From: Tubiluchus corallicola
Lineage: Eukaryota > Animalia > Priapulida
Direction: 5' to 3'
DNA length: 64,000 bases
Assembly (NCBI GenBank): GCA_030141605.1
Contig: JAQGDQ010000153.1
Coordinates: forward strand, 248,001 to 312,000
Shown piece by piece: positions 1-14,092 of the stretch (position 1 is its first letter; the number at the start of each line of letters is the position of its first letter). Position numbers and translations under genes: made by a program. Below the pieces are notes generated by a model. The model saw only the letters and a program-made list of their open reading frames with translations, was not told where the DNA came from and ran no database searches.

Positions 1-30
1 ACTTTTTTCTGTGACCTTTTTCCTGTAACC
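1..30. mobile_element. Right terminus of a MULE-like non-autonomous element (continues left of the window)
   Basis: GTGACCTTTTTCCTGTAACC is the reverse complement of GGTTACAGGAAAAAGGTCAC, the same terminal architecture as the element at 59018-61341. Confidence 0.4.
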
Positions 31-3000
31 TTAATAAAGGTCTCCATTCTACTGATAAACGACAATTTTGAATTCAAGCTTCTGCATCAAACCACGTTGT
101 AGGCACTCCTTAGATTTTGTGCTACGATGTTTTTGATTTAAATTAACAGGATTAATAAAAACAATTCCGAAATTCGAAGCATTGGGTTATTCGACCGTAC
201 AGCCATGCACGTACGCACATAAGTTTGGCTGGCACGTAAACTGCGCAAAGTTACATTTATAAGCATGGACGTGCTATGTTTCGTATGATGCGCTTCCATT
301 ACTTCCTTATAAGAATACCATTTACCGTTGCCATGAATCCGTTTTTTTCGTAAATTTTCGTAAGCAACTTTATGTCACAATATAAGAGAACTGGCTAAAA
401 ATTTATTTTATGAATGAGACCGACATCACGGCAAAATAAGTCTCTTTATAGAGTTGTTTCACAAGCGAGTAACTCCCAAAAGCGGTATTGGTCTTTATAA
501 TGAGTTTTATGCATTTATATAACAAGCTATTTGGCCGAATTATTTAAAATGCTGTTTGGATTTAAAAAAAGTCAAACATTCTTCCGAGGTTAACCTAGTG
601 AAATAATCATGGAAAAAACTCAAAGTGATTAAAAATGCGAAAATGACTTTGTCGAAATTCGTGAAGTGTAGAGTTTTTTGTGCCATGGTGTTCATACATT
701 GTTTGCGAATGGTGTATTTATTAATGTGCTTAGCCCTCGGAAACCGTCTCAACCTCCACTATGTTTTGTGTTTGAATATGTGGTTCTTTTTGTACATTTG
801 TACAGAGAATAGAGTCGGTAATCGGCAATCGTTTATTCACCACGTGCAGTTAATAACACAGTACAATATAATTTTAAACTGCAACACTAAAAATGTATAA
901 TTACAATCCTGCGTTATTGATAGTATATATGAAATTAGGCTGTTTGTAAGCTGAAAGGAAAGAGTGAAAAATAAAAAGACACCACTTTCACTGTTTGAGC
1001 TGCGATTCTTTCTCTCCTGACTTTTCTAATTTATCTTTCTCACTAGTTAAGACACTAAAGCAAGCAAGTCAAATTCGTGATATTATAATTAACAGATACA
1101 TGAGAATTGTTTAATAATTGCTCTCTCAGCTCAATTCAGTTATTATTACATTGTTTGATCAATTACTTTTTCTGTAGCATTTATTGTGCGAACCAATCTT
1201 TACTAGTTGCAGCTTTTTTCCCATTGGCCTGCACGCCACCTGTTTGAAATTAAGCAGGAGAAAAACTTTTCTTACCGTTTCTGTAAATTTATAACAAATC
1301 TGAGTTGAAAAGCTAGGTAGAACATTAAACACAAAAAAATTAGTTTACTTGAAAACCTACCTAGGCCGTACTAGGTGTGCAAATAATAAAAAAGAAAATG
1401 TTGTTGCATTTATTTACAACTTTTTCATGTTTTTAGTTTTCAGATAAATAAATGAATAAATAAATATATAATTGAATAAATTAATGCTACTAAATTAAAT
1501 TAATCAATTTGTTCGGTCATTCATTAGTGTGGGCTGTTTTTGATACAATTTTAAGTTATTTGATAGAAATAAGCTTAGGTAAAGCGCAGTAGTCGCAATG
1601 GTAAAAATATGTAATTTAGGTAGATTTTTTTGTATTCATACGTACGTCTTGATGTACATACATTATACATACGTTATTGGCATTCAGAACAACTTAGGAT
1701 TGCATTTCCGAACGTCTGTTTCTTATCGCTTTTCCCCCTCCTCTTTATTTATGTCTGTTTGTCTGTCTACCTACTTGCTGTTTGCCTACCTGCCTGCCCG
1801 CTTACCTGCTTACCGGCGCCGTTGTAAATGAGAGGGAGCGAAACAACACACAGGCTAAATACAGACAGATGTGAAAGAAAACAGTGTTATTAAAACGCTA
1901 AAAGAGAACGGGGGAAAGAAATTCGACAATTCAAATTTTTCCAGTTTTTGGGTCTGGAAGTCTCAGATTACTGTAATTTCTTATATATGTTATATATCTT
2001 TTGTCTAGGCTGTCTTATCACTGACTTAGAGCTTCCTATAAAAGCACATTATATGCATGTTATACAATACGCTTTATCTTCAGCTAGCATATGTGCAGCG
2101 TGCTATAAACTAATAGTTTGCATTATTCCTGCATCTGCTTCAGTGTTTTCTGTAAGGACACTGTCATTCTTATCGTTTATCAATTACATATAAAGCATCC
2201 ATTAATGGCGTATCTACATGGCTGCATTATGAGAGGAATGATGCTAATATGGGAAGTCTTGGTAGCGAAAATGCTTGTATCGTTAGACATAACCTCTATT
2301 ATTATAGGTGCTCAAACAAGAAAGAAGCTTCTTTAGATAATCCTTATCGTGTACGTGAGATCCTATTGAACTAACTCTCAGAAGAATAGCTGTGAATCTA
2401 CCTTCTTGCGCGCCCCTTCCTTGTCTGTAAACCTCCTGGAGGAATCCGTATTACCTCATTACGTAAATTTCAGCTTTGTCATCGACTAAATTGTGCAAGC
2501 GTAATGTGAGTAGGGGAAACAGATAGCACTGAGGCAATTAAATAGCAATTAACCACTATGACACTCATTTGCCAAATTTCGTAAGTGATTGGGGTGCAAA
2601 AGCTAATTGTTGTGACAGAAGAAGAAAGTGTTTTAGTAATGAACCCTAAAGTTTCGTGTATTTTTCTAGATTTTTGCTATGCTTTGCAGTAGTAATGTAA
2701 GTAACAACCAGTGAATCAACATAAACTCCAAAAAAGCTTACCTTTTCAAAATTGTTAGAACTTGGTCAACCAGTTTTAGAAAGGGCACATTTTAGTACGT
2801 ATAAAAGTTATATATATATATATATATAAACATAAAGGAACCCGGGGCCACGATTCATTGTAGGTATACATAAATACAAATTAAGATAATTGGCAGGTAT
2901 CACGACAGATACACTAAGACATTAAAAGAAAATATTACATTAGACCGAATTATTCCTTCAGTGGAAAGCAACTTTGTTGACATTCCCCGTTTTTTTAGAG

Positions 3001-6000
3001 AGATGTTGAGTGTTAACGCTTGTTTGTTTGAGTGTAAAATGTAATTGGTGGCTTTTAATCGGTTTAAGGTCAAATGTCATTTGCGACTCAAAAACTGTAA
3101 AAGTTAGGTACTCAAACTTGAGTAACACGTAATGCCAGATTTAGGGACAGATTTTACAGGGTTACTCAGCAATTTTGAGAAGGTGATTAGAAGAATCACT
3201 TGGTTAGTGAATGAGCAAGAGTCAGTTAAAAGAGTACTGCGAGTGCTCGTAATCGGAGAAACAGCTTACAGCAACAGAATTCGAAAACAAACAATTTAAA
3301 CGAAAGGCCTGAAAGGCATGTTCTGAAAAGCTATCAGAACATTAGAATAGAACAGAATAGAATTCGTCTAGGTTTGATAAAACGGTAGTATTGCTCACAC
3401 GTCTTTATCATGCACATGTTCTATAGAAGTAAAACATGGCTTCACGCTACACCCTCAGCACATGTACTAAGACAACACGGCTCTCTTACAAGTTTCCAGT
3501 AGGCAGATATAACAAGCACATCAACAATCCGCTACTGTTACCGTCCCGGCTACTAACAAGTTATTAATGACTGGGAGCAAATCCACATCTGTTTAATCAT
3601 ATCAGGTTTGTGGCCATTAGTAGCGGGATTCAAGCCGACTGAGAGATAAGTTGTACGAGGGGTAACAAATATTACTCTGTCAGGCTCTCTAGCGCCTGCA
3701 ACAGTTTGGCTATTAACACTTCCCGCTTGTTTACTCCCAGCTTGGTTTTATCCAGAAGTAATCAGGGATAAATGCGCCCGGTAGCCGGTGCTTCATAGTT
3801 TTAGACGCTTCTTAAGAAGGAAAATAAACTTTAAAAGGACGTAAACCACTGAATTTGCTTTCTAGTAATGAAAACTATTTTACCAAGGAAGGAAAAAAGT
3901 TTTAGGCGCCTCCTTTCTGTAACGGGGTGCTCAGGGAATTACATGGATCCGGATCCACGTCGTCAGCGCTATTTGCCTTGATGTTGTTTTGAAGGTGGAA
4001 CGGATGCGAGCACCGGAAGTGAAAATTGCATCAACGCGAGAACAGGCGTGGTGAGAAGCAGAGTTTTTTTTCGAACAGCCTGATATTCGGCAAATTTTAT
4101 TCACAGAATCTGCGAAACGAGCTGTACGTGCTCCGGATGTAATTTTACCTCAAATCGCTGAAACCATCAAAAGTTTGTGAAAGCGCTAGATTTAAACGAG
4201 TACTTTATTTCGTTGCACAAAGTTTACAAGATAACAGTAAAGGCAACTTGTGCGAACTAACATTGTCTGTAACTTTATATTTTTCATATGATGTTGTAAT
4301 TTTTAAGGTTTGCCTTTTTATACGATTCAACTGCGACATTGAACTAGCAGAGTTGTCCTAGCCACGTGTAGATGTCACCCTCTTTCCACTAATGAAGTAG
4401 CAGGGGTGGAAGGACAGACGAAGTTATTTCCAGTCACCCATCCATTTACTAAACACGTTTAGCACTACACTAATACCATTATAAATTATTTCTTTCACGT
4501 CGATTGATACTGAAATTACAGAAAGTGACTAGTTGATTACATATGGTTTACTGTAAAGAAGACTGGTAAAAATTACGCATGCAGGGCAAAGGTGTGTAAA
4601 ATTTTGAGTATGGAAGATTGCATAAATACTTTCTCGAGTGTGTCCTTTTTTTAAATAAGAAGGTAAATCATTTTAAAAACGAAATTTTAGAATTTGCTGC
4701 GAAACCTTTCTAATTTTAAAACTATTTTTCTAAAAAATGAATATCTAATTAAAATTACAAAATGTAATCTAATTAATTATAGTTTTCAAATCTTGTATCT
4801 ACTTGCTGGGTGGTTTCGTTATATTCAAATTAAAAAAATTAACTGAGCTTTATGGATTTGCATGACTTACATCAGAAGATTGCTAATCAGTATTTACATT
4901 GCCGAAGATTAAATACATACGGGCTTCTTTATGTAAGTGCGGAATAACAGTTCTTCCCTTGTTAGTGCTCACGCTAAAGGCGATAACATAACCTTGCCCT
5001 TGTTTATACATCGCCTACAAAGGTTTCACGGAGTGTAGCCTGCTGGATGCAGACATAAAATCCGTGGTTTGCATCCAATGTCTTCAATAAAAGTATATCC
5101 CGTAATAATAATTCGCTACGTATGCAGCCCTATAATATAAGGAGTAACTGTAAGTTCTACATTACATTCTCCAAATGTAAGACACTAAACATTCATAAGG
5201 AGTTTTTAACATCAGTGTCTGAAACTGCAACTGACAATCATGTAGAAGCGATAATTGGCAGAATTTATAGACAAGTTTACGTCGTCGACCCTCCCTTTTT
5301 TCCCGAGTGCTTACCATATGCACTCCTCATGTCATGGCTTGGACAACAGCCAGTTGTTTATTGCTAGAAGCCATTTGATGCACCGACAAGGGCTAGACTG
5401 GAGTACACAGTTAGTCACACGCACACACACACAGTGAGGCATTTATTCATAGATGATCTGAGGTTGTTCGATCAGTTTGTAAGCTTGCTTTCAGCTAACC
5501 GTGAAGCCTGGAGACTAATTCTGTGTGTGACGTAATTTTGTCAATCTGTATCAATCGGGCAGGGGTGTGCAAATCACCATAGATATGTTTATCTATAGAG
5601 ATAAACAAACTAGCAAAATAAAAAGCTCGGAGATAAAAATGACAACCAGAACCCACTTAAGAAAAGACATGAGTTTTAACCAGACACAACATGTGCAACA
5701 TTTCGACACAGTTAAGGTGATGATCACGCAACAATCTTCAGATGTTATGTATGAACAAAAGCCATGTCTTGTCTTAAGTTGCTGCTGGCTGTCATTTTTA
5801 TTTTAAGAATTCGTTTTCCCCATCACCTGTAAACTTGGAAATTAGTCCGAGAGAGCACTGCATGTACGTTTTCTCAGTGAGGAGCAGGAACAGGTGCAGT
5901 GGCTTGATATAGTGGGTTTTCCGCTTGAACCTTCTGTTTACGAAGCACCTAGTTTACCTTTATGATGTTTTTATGTTTATACAAGCTTCAAAATTTATTT

Positions 6001-7585
6001 TTATTGAGTGTTTTAAGTTTTGACTGCAAACTGAGGCAGTCTTGTTTGGCGTACTCAGGTAAAACAACAATTTACATAAAAATACCTGCTAACACTTGGC
6101 ATCGGATGCGTTGTTTACGATCGTACGTTTGATTTAAAATTGTCGTTCAACTTCAAGCCACTCCATTGTGCGCTTTTGATATTTTGGTGGCAAGCAGTTC
6201 CACAGGTCATTTATAGTCGTTTTTGTCAGTTTTTTTGTAAGCAACTCAAGGCTTTCATATGACGTCGTGTACATGTATAGTTTTTAATCTGACGCAAACA
6301 GTGTCTACTTCAAAGCATCTAAGTATAAAAAAGCTGCACTTATTTATCACACCTTTTATCTTTGTTTCAGTATACCTCATCTAAAATCTCAAAAATTGTT
6401 GGTAATGTCGTTCGAACAATGCGTAATTTCCATATAAGTCTACAGCCTACTCAAGATAAAAAACCTGGAATTACAATCCTTCGCTCTCTCCTGACGTCAC
6501 TCCTACACTCCTATGTAATAATGGCAAAAGAAGACGTCGTAGGATAATTTTCTAAGATGAATTCCTGTACTGGCAGAAGTGTTTCAGTCATGATCGGACG
6601 CGTATATACAACTTTTCTCAACAAGAGAAATAGCAAACGAAATTGCCTAGAAGCATTTTCCTAGCACCTATCCACTTTTAATCAGGCTCGACGTTGCTTA
6701 CATATTCAAGTTTTTATTCATCAATTAGCGTGAAAGTCTCTAATTTCTTTGACGTTGTTAGGGTGTTATGATGTAATGTAATGTGTAATTAAAATGTAAT
6801 TCTAAGTTTACAAAGTTCAAAATTATATAACAACCGTAACACTTTCATAAAAAGAGACGTTTAAAAAAACCACGTTTATACGTTGCATATTTCAGGATTT
6901 TTCACTTTGGCTGAAACGTGTTTTACCGCGTGCTTTGGCTGTGTTGTAAACTACAACAGGACAGATGGTCTAAATCAGGTTGACATTTTAGTTTGAGTTT
7001 ATTCAATCCTTAAAAAATAATGGTTATGACATTAACATCCAGCTTACCTTTATAATTAAATATGTTTGCAGATTATTTCAAAGCCCCTTAAAGTCTCACG
7101 AAAGTCTAAAACTTTCGTCTTAAACGGAATATATTTTAACAGTGAATTGACTTTGTTTTGATTACTTCATAATTTTATTTGGCACTACTTATTCGCTTTA
7201 ATGCGGATTACGACAAATGATTAATTATCAGCTCTTTTTGACACTGTTTGTGTTGTTCTGACAAAAGGTGTTCATTGACCAAAAATGCAGATAAAAACTT
7301 GTATTACAGATACACCGAACTCCGAGTGGCTGTGTTGTTAGTATAAGCTTACACCATTGCTCTATCAACCACATGCTTGTAGATCTACATAATGAGTGTG
7401 TTTTCCACGTTGTTCTCTGTAATTATGTTCATCGTCCTGACAGTAAATGCTTGTCATTCGAAACGTGTCGCACATGGGAACTCGCGCTGCCATTTCGTCG
7501 GACGAAAATTAGAAAGCCGACGACACTCAGTGCTAATTCATTAACTGTGTGGCGGAAATTCACACGAGACATCACAAGAAGAGTG

Positions 7586-7912
<327 letters not shown>

Positions 7913-8699
7913 AAGTACGAGGTAAATTAAAACAAGCTTTTTGAGTTTAACAAGAAATCTTATGGTTATTGTAGACGTTTATCAAACCACAACCGCGCAT
8001 ATCAACTGATTTCAATTATACGATTTTTTTCGCAAAATATACATTTCATCACAATACGATAGCTACATTAGTAATTATTTATAGTGAATTAAAAATTTAA
8101 AAGTCGCATATTTGCATAGGAAAAACCAGAAAGACAACAATCTGTTTTGAAACCAGGTAATGATTCATAATTTGGTAATAATTTATTATGTAGACATATT
8201 TCTGAACCTTAATTTGTGCGTAAGAATCAAGATTTGTGCTACGCGGAAATTTCCATAATTCATACATACGTTTCGAATTCAAATTTAGTTAACATTAAGC
8301 AGATAGATATAGCAGTCAAGCTGCTGGCGTGAATAACGTCGTAAATCACTTTAAATACTCTGAAATCTCCATCTGTTTGTCTTTAATCGACTACCGCTCT
8401 TCTCCAAAATCAGTCTTAAATGAATTTAAGAAAAAAAGACAAACTTAAATGTGAACAGTTTTTTCTTGACACTACTGCAATTATCCTAAATCTCAGCTCT
8501 GCCTGCTGATTTACCTTTCTACTGTGAATTACACAAGGCCGCTTGTGTAACCAGGCCTTTTCTCTGCTTCGTTTGTCGGCATCATTAAGAGGCAGGCTGT
8601 AAAGCTGCTCTTTTTTACGATGATAGATTGCGCAGTTCGGGCAGTGTAAAGCAATACCGTTTGTCTTTTGGCTGTTCTTAAATTAATCACATTCGCTGT

Positions 8700-9065
8700 A
8701 GCGCCCGTGCTCAGCTGTGATTGGTGGACGTTGGTTTTACAGCCACTGCCGCTGCTGTAAGCAAACCAATAACAGTCGCCTGCGCTCTGAACGAATCGCT
8801 GAGTAATGATTCTCGCCAATTTCGGCACAGCCTACCTGGGGCAGTTAAACTGGGGTGCTAACCACGCCATAAGCGCAAGCACAATTTACTCTGCCTTTCG
8901 AAAAATTAGATCTCTTTATTGTCAATGAGATTCAGCAACATTAACAAATACTTTATAATTGCGCTATCAGAGCTTTAAATTGTGTCACTAAAACGAGTTT
9001 TGGACAGATCTGCCCTATGGTCTACTCAGTGCTTCATCTGCAGTCCTTGTCAGATATATAGTAAG
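8700..9065 (+). promoter_or_regulatory. Putative Lbx promoter region
   Basis: GC/CpG-richer patch with three CCAAT boxes (ATTGG 8720-8724, CCAAT 8766-8770, CCAAT 8816-8820) and a TATATA at 9055-9060, about 210 bp upstream of the ATG. TSS not determinable. Confidence 0.45.
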
Positions 9066-9272
9066 GTTATTAGTGTTAGCAGATGTATGTATGAAAGACT
9101 GGCTGCCACGCTTGACAATCAACAGTGAAGAGTGATAAGTGCTCGCCCGACAGCTTTTCCCAGATTTTTAGCTGGAGTATTTTAACTTTAATCCTTTTGA
9201 CAGCTAGCCGGTGTGGAGTACAATACCCAAACGATCAAATTAACACACTTCACGTCAGCTTTGCTGAACTGA

Positions 9273-9651
9273 ATGGTGGGCGAGGAAATGGCAAGCGGTA
9301 CTACGAGTTCGGATAGAACAAATGCTGCAAAAACGGACAGTTTCGAACCGCTCAAACAGCTTGCCATGGTGCCTCCTCAAGGTAGCAACAACAACAACAA
9401 TTTCCACAAGCCTGTTACCTCTTTCTTCATCAGAGACATACTGAGTTTCAAACATACTAGGAAACGACATAACCATGCGAGTGCATCATCCAGGAATATC
9501 GTCCGACCTTGGGATAATCCCGATTCCCGAATTCCGAAAGGAGAAGAGAACAGTAAACCCGGACAAAATGTGGCAGGATCACCGCTGGACGCTCTTTTCA
9601 AAATGACGAATAAGACCTTTGAAGGATTGGAGCAGCATGGGAAAGGAAAAG
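9273..9651 (+). CDS. Lbx: Lbx/ladybird homeobox gene, coding exon 1 (N-terminal conserved motifs)
   Basis: ORF 9273.. has an eh1-type motif (KPVTSFFIRDILS), IVRPWD and SPLDALFKMTNKTFEGL, all typical of ladybird/Lbx N-termini. In-frame TGA lies immediately before ATG 9273; alternative start at 9288 (gaaATGg). Donor AAAG|GTATTG at 9651/9652 is phase 1. Confidence 0.9.
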
Positions 9652-9889
9652 GTATTGTGTTGCGTTCTTAATTACATTTTAAGAATCTAGATTATACAGC
9701 AGCCCAGTGATCTTGTTACAGGCAATGTGTAAAATTTAGACAGTTTATAAAATTCCTATGTGTTTCATATAACACCTAAGCATTTCGGGAAAAGTGTGAA
9801 ATAAGTCTTTTTGCGGCGATTCTTTCACACTTTGCCTAGACATTTTGTATAATAGCTAGGATTTATATAAAATGTGTAATGTGACTTAT

Positions 9890-10131
9890 TGTAAACTCTC
9901 TAACAGTTGCTGCGAGTTGATCTCCTGCGAGTTAATGTCTAGTGTGAACGTCTCGGCAAGTTACTCTCAACACTTCTCGCAGGGAATAGAGAAGAAAGAG
10001 TCAGCTCGCGCTTACTTCGGAGACAAGTTCACACCAAGTTTTGTTCTCTAGTCTGAACATGCTTGCGAGTTACTTGACGAGTTTCTTGACGAGTTAACTT
10101 GGCGAGAAAACTCGCTAGCTTGAACATGCCG
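9890..10131. mobile_element. PIF/Harbinger-like MITE remnant
   Basis: Repeated CTAG(TG/TC/CT)TGAAC(ATGC) at ~9939, 10048 and 10115, inverted GTTCACAC at 10027, multiple GCGAG/CTCGC subrepeats. Ends ...TGAACATGCCG followed by TTA. Left end degraded. Confidence 0.45.
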
Positions 10132-10195
10132 TTAGCTACTATCTCTGACATGCTGGTCAATCAGGTGGATTACTTTCCATATCTAGGAACCCTGA

Positions 10196-10540
10196 GGCCG
10201 GATTCATTAAAGGTCTTAGGAACATTTTTTTGTAAACTTATTTGTGCCTAGTATTGTTCTTAGCACTATGCACTGATTTACTAAGGCAGTTTTAGTATCA
10301 ATGTTATTAAATTTGTTCGGAATTTTACGCAAGGTTTAGAGCAACGTAAATACAATTTTACATATTTTGCACATTTTAAATGGCTATGACTGATGTTGTC
10401 ATGGCAAAAGAGGAGGATATGGTTAGTAATAGGAATTCGATGTGCAGAGAACGAATTTTTCACAATAGACTGAAATTAGACCTTTTAGTGAAAGAGATAT
10501 AGTAAAAAAGATTTACAAATTATAGCCGGCATAGCAGACC
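10196..10540 (+). mobile_element. Possible left end of a second Harbinger-like element
   Basis: Begins GGCCGGATTCATTAAAG; RERIFHNRL at 10446-10472 resembles Harbinger transposase N-termini. No matching right TIR found. Confidence 0.25.
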
Positions 10541-11814
10541 ATAAGGCTTACATCTCTGTCTCTCTGTCTCTCTCTCTCTCTCTCCGTTCGCCCGTCCATC
10601 TACGTTTTTATCTATCTATCTGTCTATCTCTTTATCTATCCAACCGGCTGACTAACTAACCTATCGAATTCAAGTTCACACATTCTCTAAAATAAAATAG
10701 GCATTATATAAACTGCCTAGGAGAATTATATCAGAACGATCGAATATTTGTTTTATTTTTATCTTAAATAAAATTTATTCAGCACTCCATAAAATGACTA
10801 GGAGAAGTATATTCAGATTCTAAGGATTACACACTTTGCCTAGACAAACTTTTGCATTATATATAATGCCTAGGAAAAGCATAGAAGGAATTATTTTAGA
10901 AATTTAAAATTATTTTAGTAGGTACTATATTAAAAGACTAAGCATTCTATGGAATACCGGATTTCACACTTTGCCTGTAACAAATCCACTGATGCGATCA
11001 TTGCTGTTTACGCCGAATTACTGCTGATTAGCTGACGTTTATTTCAATGTCGATATTTTGCTACAAGAATCAGTCCATTATATTAAACTACAATCTATTT
11101 TGATTTTATTATGTGACTCTAGCACTGGTTGTGCAGTGTAGCATTAGCAGGACCAGTTTTAATTATAATGTGAAAAGTTATGCTTAGTGAAATCAACATT
11201 AGATACAAAAAATTTAGTCGAAACAATTAAAAATGAAAGTAATGCGCTTGGATTCAGATTTGAAACAAAAACTGTGTAATTTAAGAATAACTGAAATGCC
11301 TCGAGTGAGGGCATTGGGCTAGAAAAGTCGTCTTTTCGGCAAAAAATAAAACAAATAATTGCTTTCTGCCTCGAGGTCTAGTTGTTTGTCCATGAATTTA
11401 ATGTATATACCAGTAGAGAACTCTTTCCTTAACACACTTGCTGCTGCTGGTATAAATTATTGCCATTATTTAAGCTGATTTTAAAATAAACATTGACACA
11501 ATTTTAAAAGTAGCCTATGCGTTGCCAACTCAATGTTGCAGCTGTTATCATTACATAACAGAGATTGTTAATACCGTCCCTTTACCTCGATTAATCCACA
11601 AGAACCAATTGTACAATTGTTCAAAAGTTGTTGGTATGACTCGGGATTTTTATTTATTCGGGATAGGTTGGCAGCAAAATAAACAGAAGCCTTGAGTCCA
11701 CAAGATAATTTTACTTAAATCATAAATGTCTGTGCAGAATTCATGAGATAAAGCCTCATTGCAGATGAATTTGAACAATTTCATTTCTCGTGAATTATGA
11801 TAAGTCAGAAATAA

Positions 11815-12037
11815 TAAACCTAGTGGTTCATATATAAGTTAATTAAATGAGAAAGGCCCTACAAATTGCGAGTCAACTAAGATTCGAACCTAGAAACTCA
11901 TTCGAGGTATCGGACTTAATACGACGAGGTTCCGGGTTCGAATCCTAAATATTTGACTCACAATTTTTCAGAGCCTTCCACCTTGAATTAATTAGCCGTT
12001 AGATTCATTGTCGATTATATATAAACTGTTGGGATTA
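11815..12037. repeat. Imperfect palindrome with two inverted tRNA T-arm (B-box) motifs
   Basis: GATTCGAACC (11881-11890) vs GGTTCGAATC (11935-11944); AAATTGCGAGTCAA vs TTGACTCACAATTT; outer arms 11815-11837 vs 12015-12037. Confidence 0.75.
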
Positions 12038-13459
12038 AACTTATTAATCTGGCTGACGACTGTTCAATATTTAAAAATCTATGGTTGAATTAAAGTTAGC
12101 CAATTTGACTACACTGATTAGTGATTTTTTACTATAAAAAACGAAAACACTGGAAAATGTTAGTTTGTGAATTACTATGTGAAGAAAACTATTTTCAGTT
12201 ATATAAGCATAAATGTAATTCGTACATGATGACTATTGTGACCAATTGTTACAATGCTAATTGTGTAATATATTATATACTTAACTTTGATATTCTAGAA
12301 TGAAAATCATAAATATTATTAAAAAGCATTTGCTTGGCAAATCTCAGTAATGGCAGTTGATCTGAAAAATGCTGCTATATGTTAATGTTTTTAGAAAGCA
12401 AACACCGTTATTATTAATATGTGTAACGCATTTGAACTACTATGTTACATACACATTTGTCCATATATTAGTCTGCTGTTCTTCTTCTTCTTTTTTGTTT
12501 TGTTTGTGTTCCTCTTCTCCTTCTTATTCTTTGCTCTCATCTTCTGTGTCTTTTCCTTCTTTTTTGTTGCAACATTATTAAGATGATCATAGATGTTACA
12601 GAAAATTATATGGTGATGTTTCAAATTCTCGGCCAAGTTGCTAAGACAAGCAAGCAGGCAAACAAACAAACAAACAAATAAATGAAAGGACGTTTAGAAT
12701 TTAGATGGACGGCTCGATAGAAATAGACGAATGAACAAGCAAACAAAAAAGCAAGGCAGCCAAGCAAACAAGCACTCAAGCAAGCGTGCAGCGTAGAATG
12801 ACAAGCAAAGAACTCCCCCTTTCCGCCAGTATCCACTCATTGTTGCGCAGTTTTCATTAGTTTCAACTATTGTTTTACTAGAAAAACCCAATTACAATTA
12901 TGTACAAACATGTATACACACACACGCACGCACACGCGCACGCACAACACACACACGTATACTATTTATATATTACAATTATTAATCATCTGCTTGCATT
13001 GTTTATTACTCTTGTTTAATTATTTAATTTTTTATTTTGTATTTGGTTTTCCTGTTGCACGTTATTTCCTTTGTATACTGTTTTTGCTATATTTATTTTT
13101 TATTCTTTTATGTTCGGTTTTCTTGTTACGGAGTCTAATACATGGTTTTCATTGCACACTCTTGTCCTTCTACTTTTCTTATCAATATTTTCCTTATACA
13201 TATCGAGTTTTCAGCTCCAGTTATTATATTAGATAAGAAAAGTGTAGTTGACTTGATAACGAATTGGTCTTTCAGTTCCCTTTCTCCTACACCTTCACGA
13301 GACTTTTTTTAAATCATAGATATTTTTTAATTTCTTTCAACTTAAATATTTGAAGCCCTTATTATTTTACAAAGGCACACATTATTTTATACGTGCAAAG
13401 AATTTTTCTTTGTTCTTGTAGTGTATTTAAGTTTAAAAAAATGCCCATGTCAGTGTCTT

Positions 13460-13680
13460 AGCCTATGTCTATATTTATGTCTATGTCTGTGTCTCCGTCT
13501 ATGCCTATGTCTATGTCGAGGTCTATATGTCTGTCTATGTCTCGGTCTGTGTCTGTGCCCGTATCTGTGATCATTTTCTGGTTCGTGTCCATGCTCATGT
13601 CGATGTTCATGTGCATGTCCATGTCCATGTCCATGTCCATGTCTATGTCCATGTCCATGTCTGTATCTATGTTTGTGTAC
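13460..13680. repeat. Degenerate hexamer microsatellite (ATGTCY)n
   Basis: Directly visible; gives MSMS/DMDM pseudo-ORFs. A similar array occurs at 34130-34480. Confidence 0.9.
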
Positions 13681-13969
13681 ATATATACATCAACGTTAAT
13701 ATCTAGCAGTAATTGATGATGCGTAGTCAATGTAAACGCTAACTGAATGTACTAGCTGAATTCGCGGCAATTGTCCGTATTCCTCTCACCAAACTTTACA
13801 GATTTAAATTTTGATAAGTTTACGTTCAAATTAACGTAATACAATATAAGACAGTATACACAATGAAATACAATACAGTGTAATGCAACGTGATGCGATA
13901 TTATATGACACGACACAACATAACACAGTACAGTATAGTATAGTACAGTATTACGAACTATGAGGTATG

Positions 13970-14031
13970 ATATATATATGTGTGTGTGTATGTGTGTGTG
14001 TGTGTGTGTGTGCGTGCGTGCGTGCGCGCGC

Positions 14032-14092
<61 letters not shown>
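13970..14092. repeat. (TG)n/(TGCG)n microsatellite
   Basis: Directly visible. Confidence 0.97.

Noticed and set aside
3546-3789. Short nested inverted matches (CCGGCTAC/GTAGCCGG, CTGGGAG/CTCCCAG, AGCGGGA/TCCCGCT)
   Set aside because: Matches are 7-8 bp with inconsistent spacing and no TSD; may be chance or an unrecognisably old MITE.
3831-4200. Possible Kolobok-like left end (TTAA-AAGGAC...)
   Set aside because: No matching right TIR or second TTAA junction identified.
11900-11950. Intact tRNA gene
   Set aside because: Only T-arm and anticodon-like parts; no acceptor stem or D-arm. The B-box-like AGTTCGAGTCCC at ~40519 is likewise isolated.
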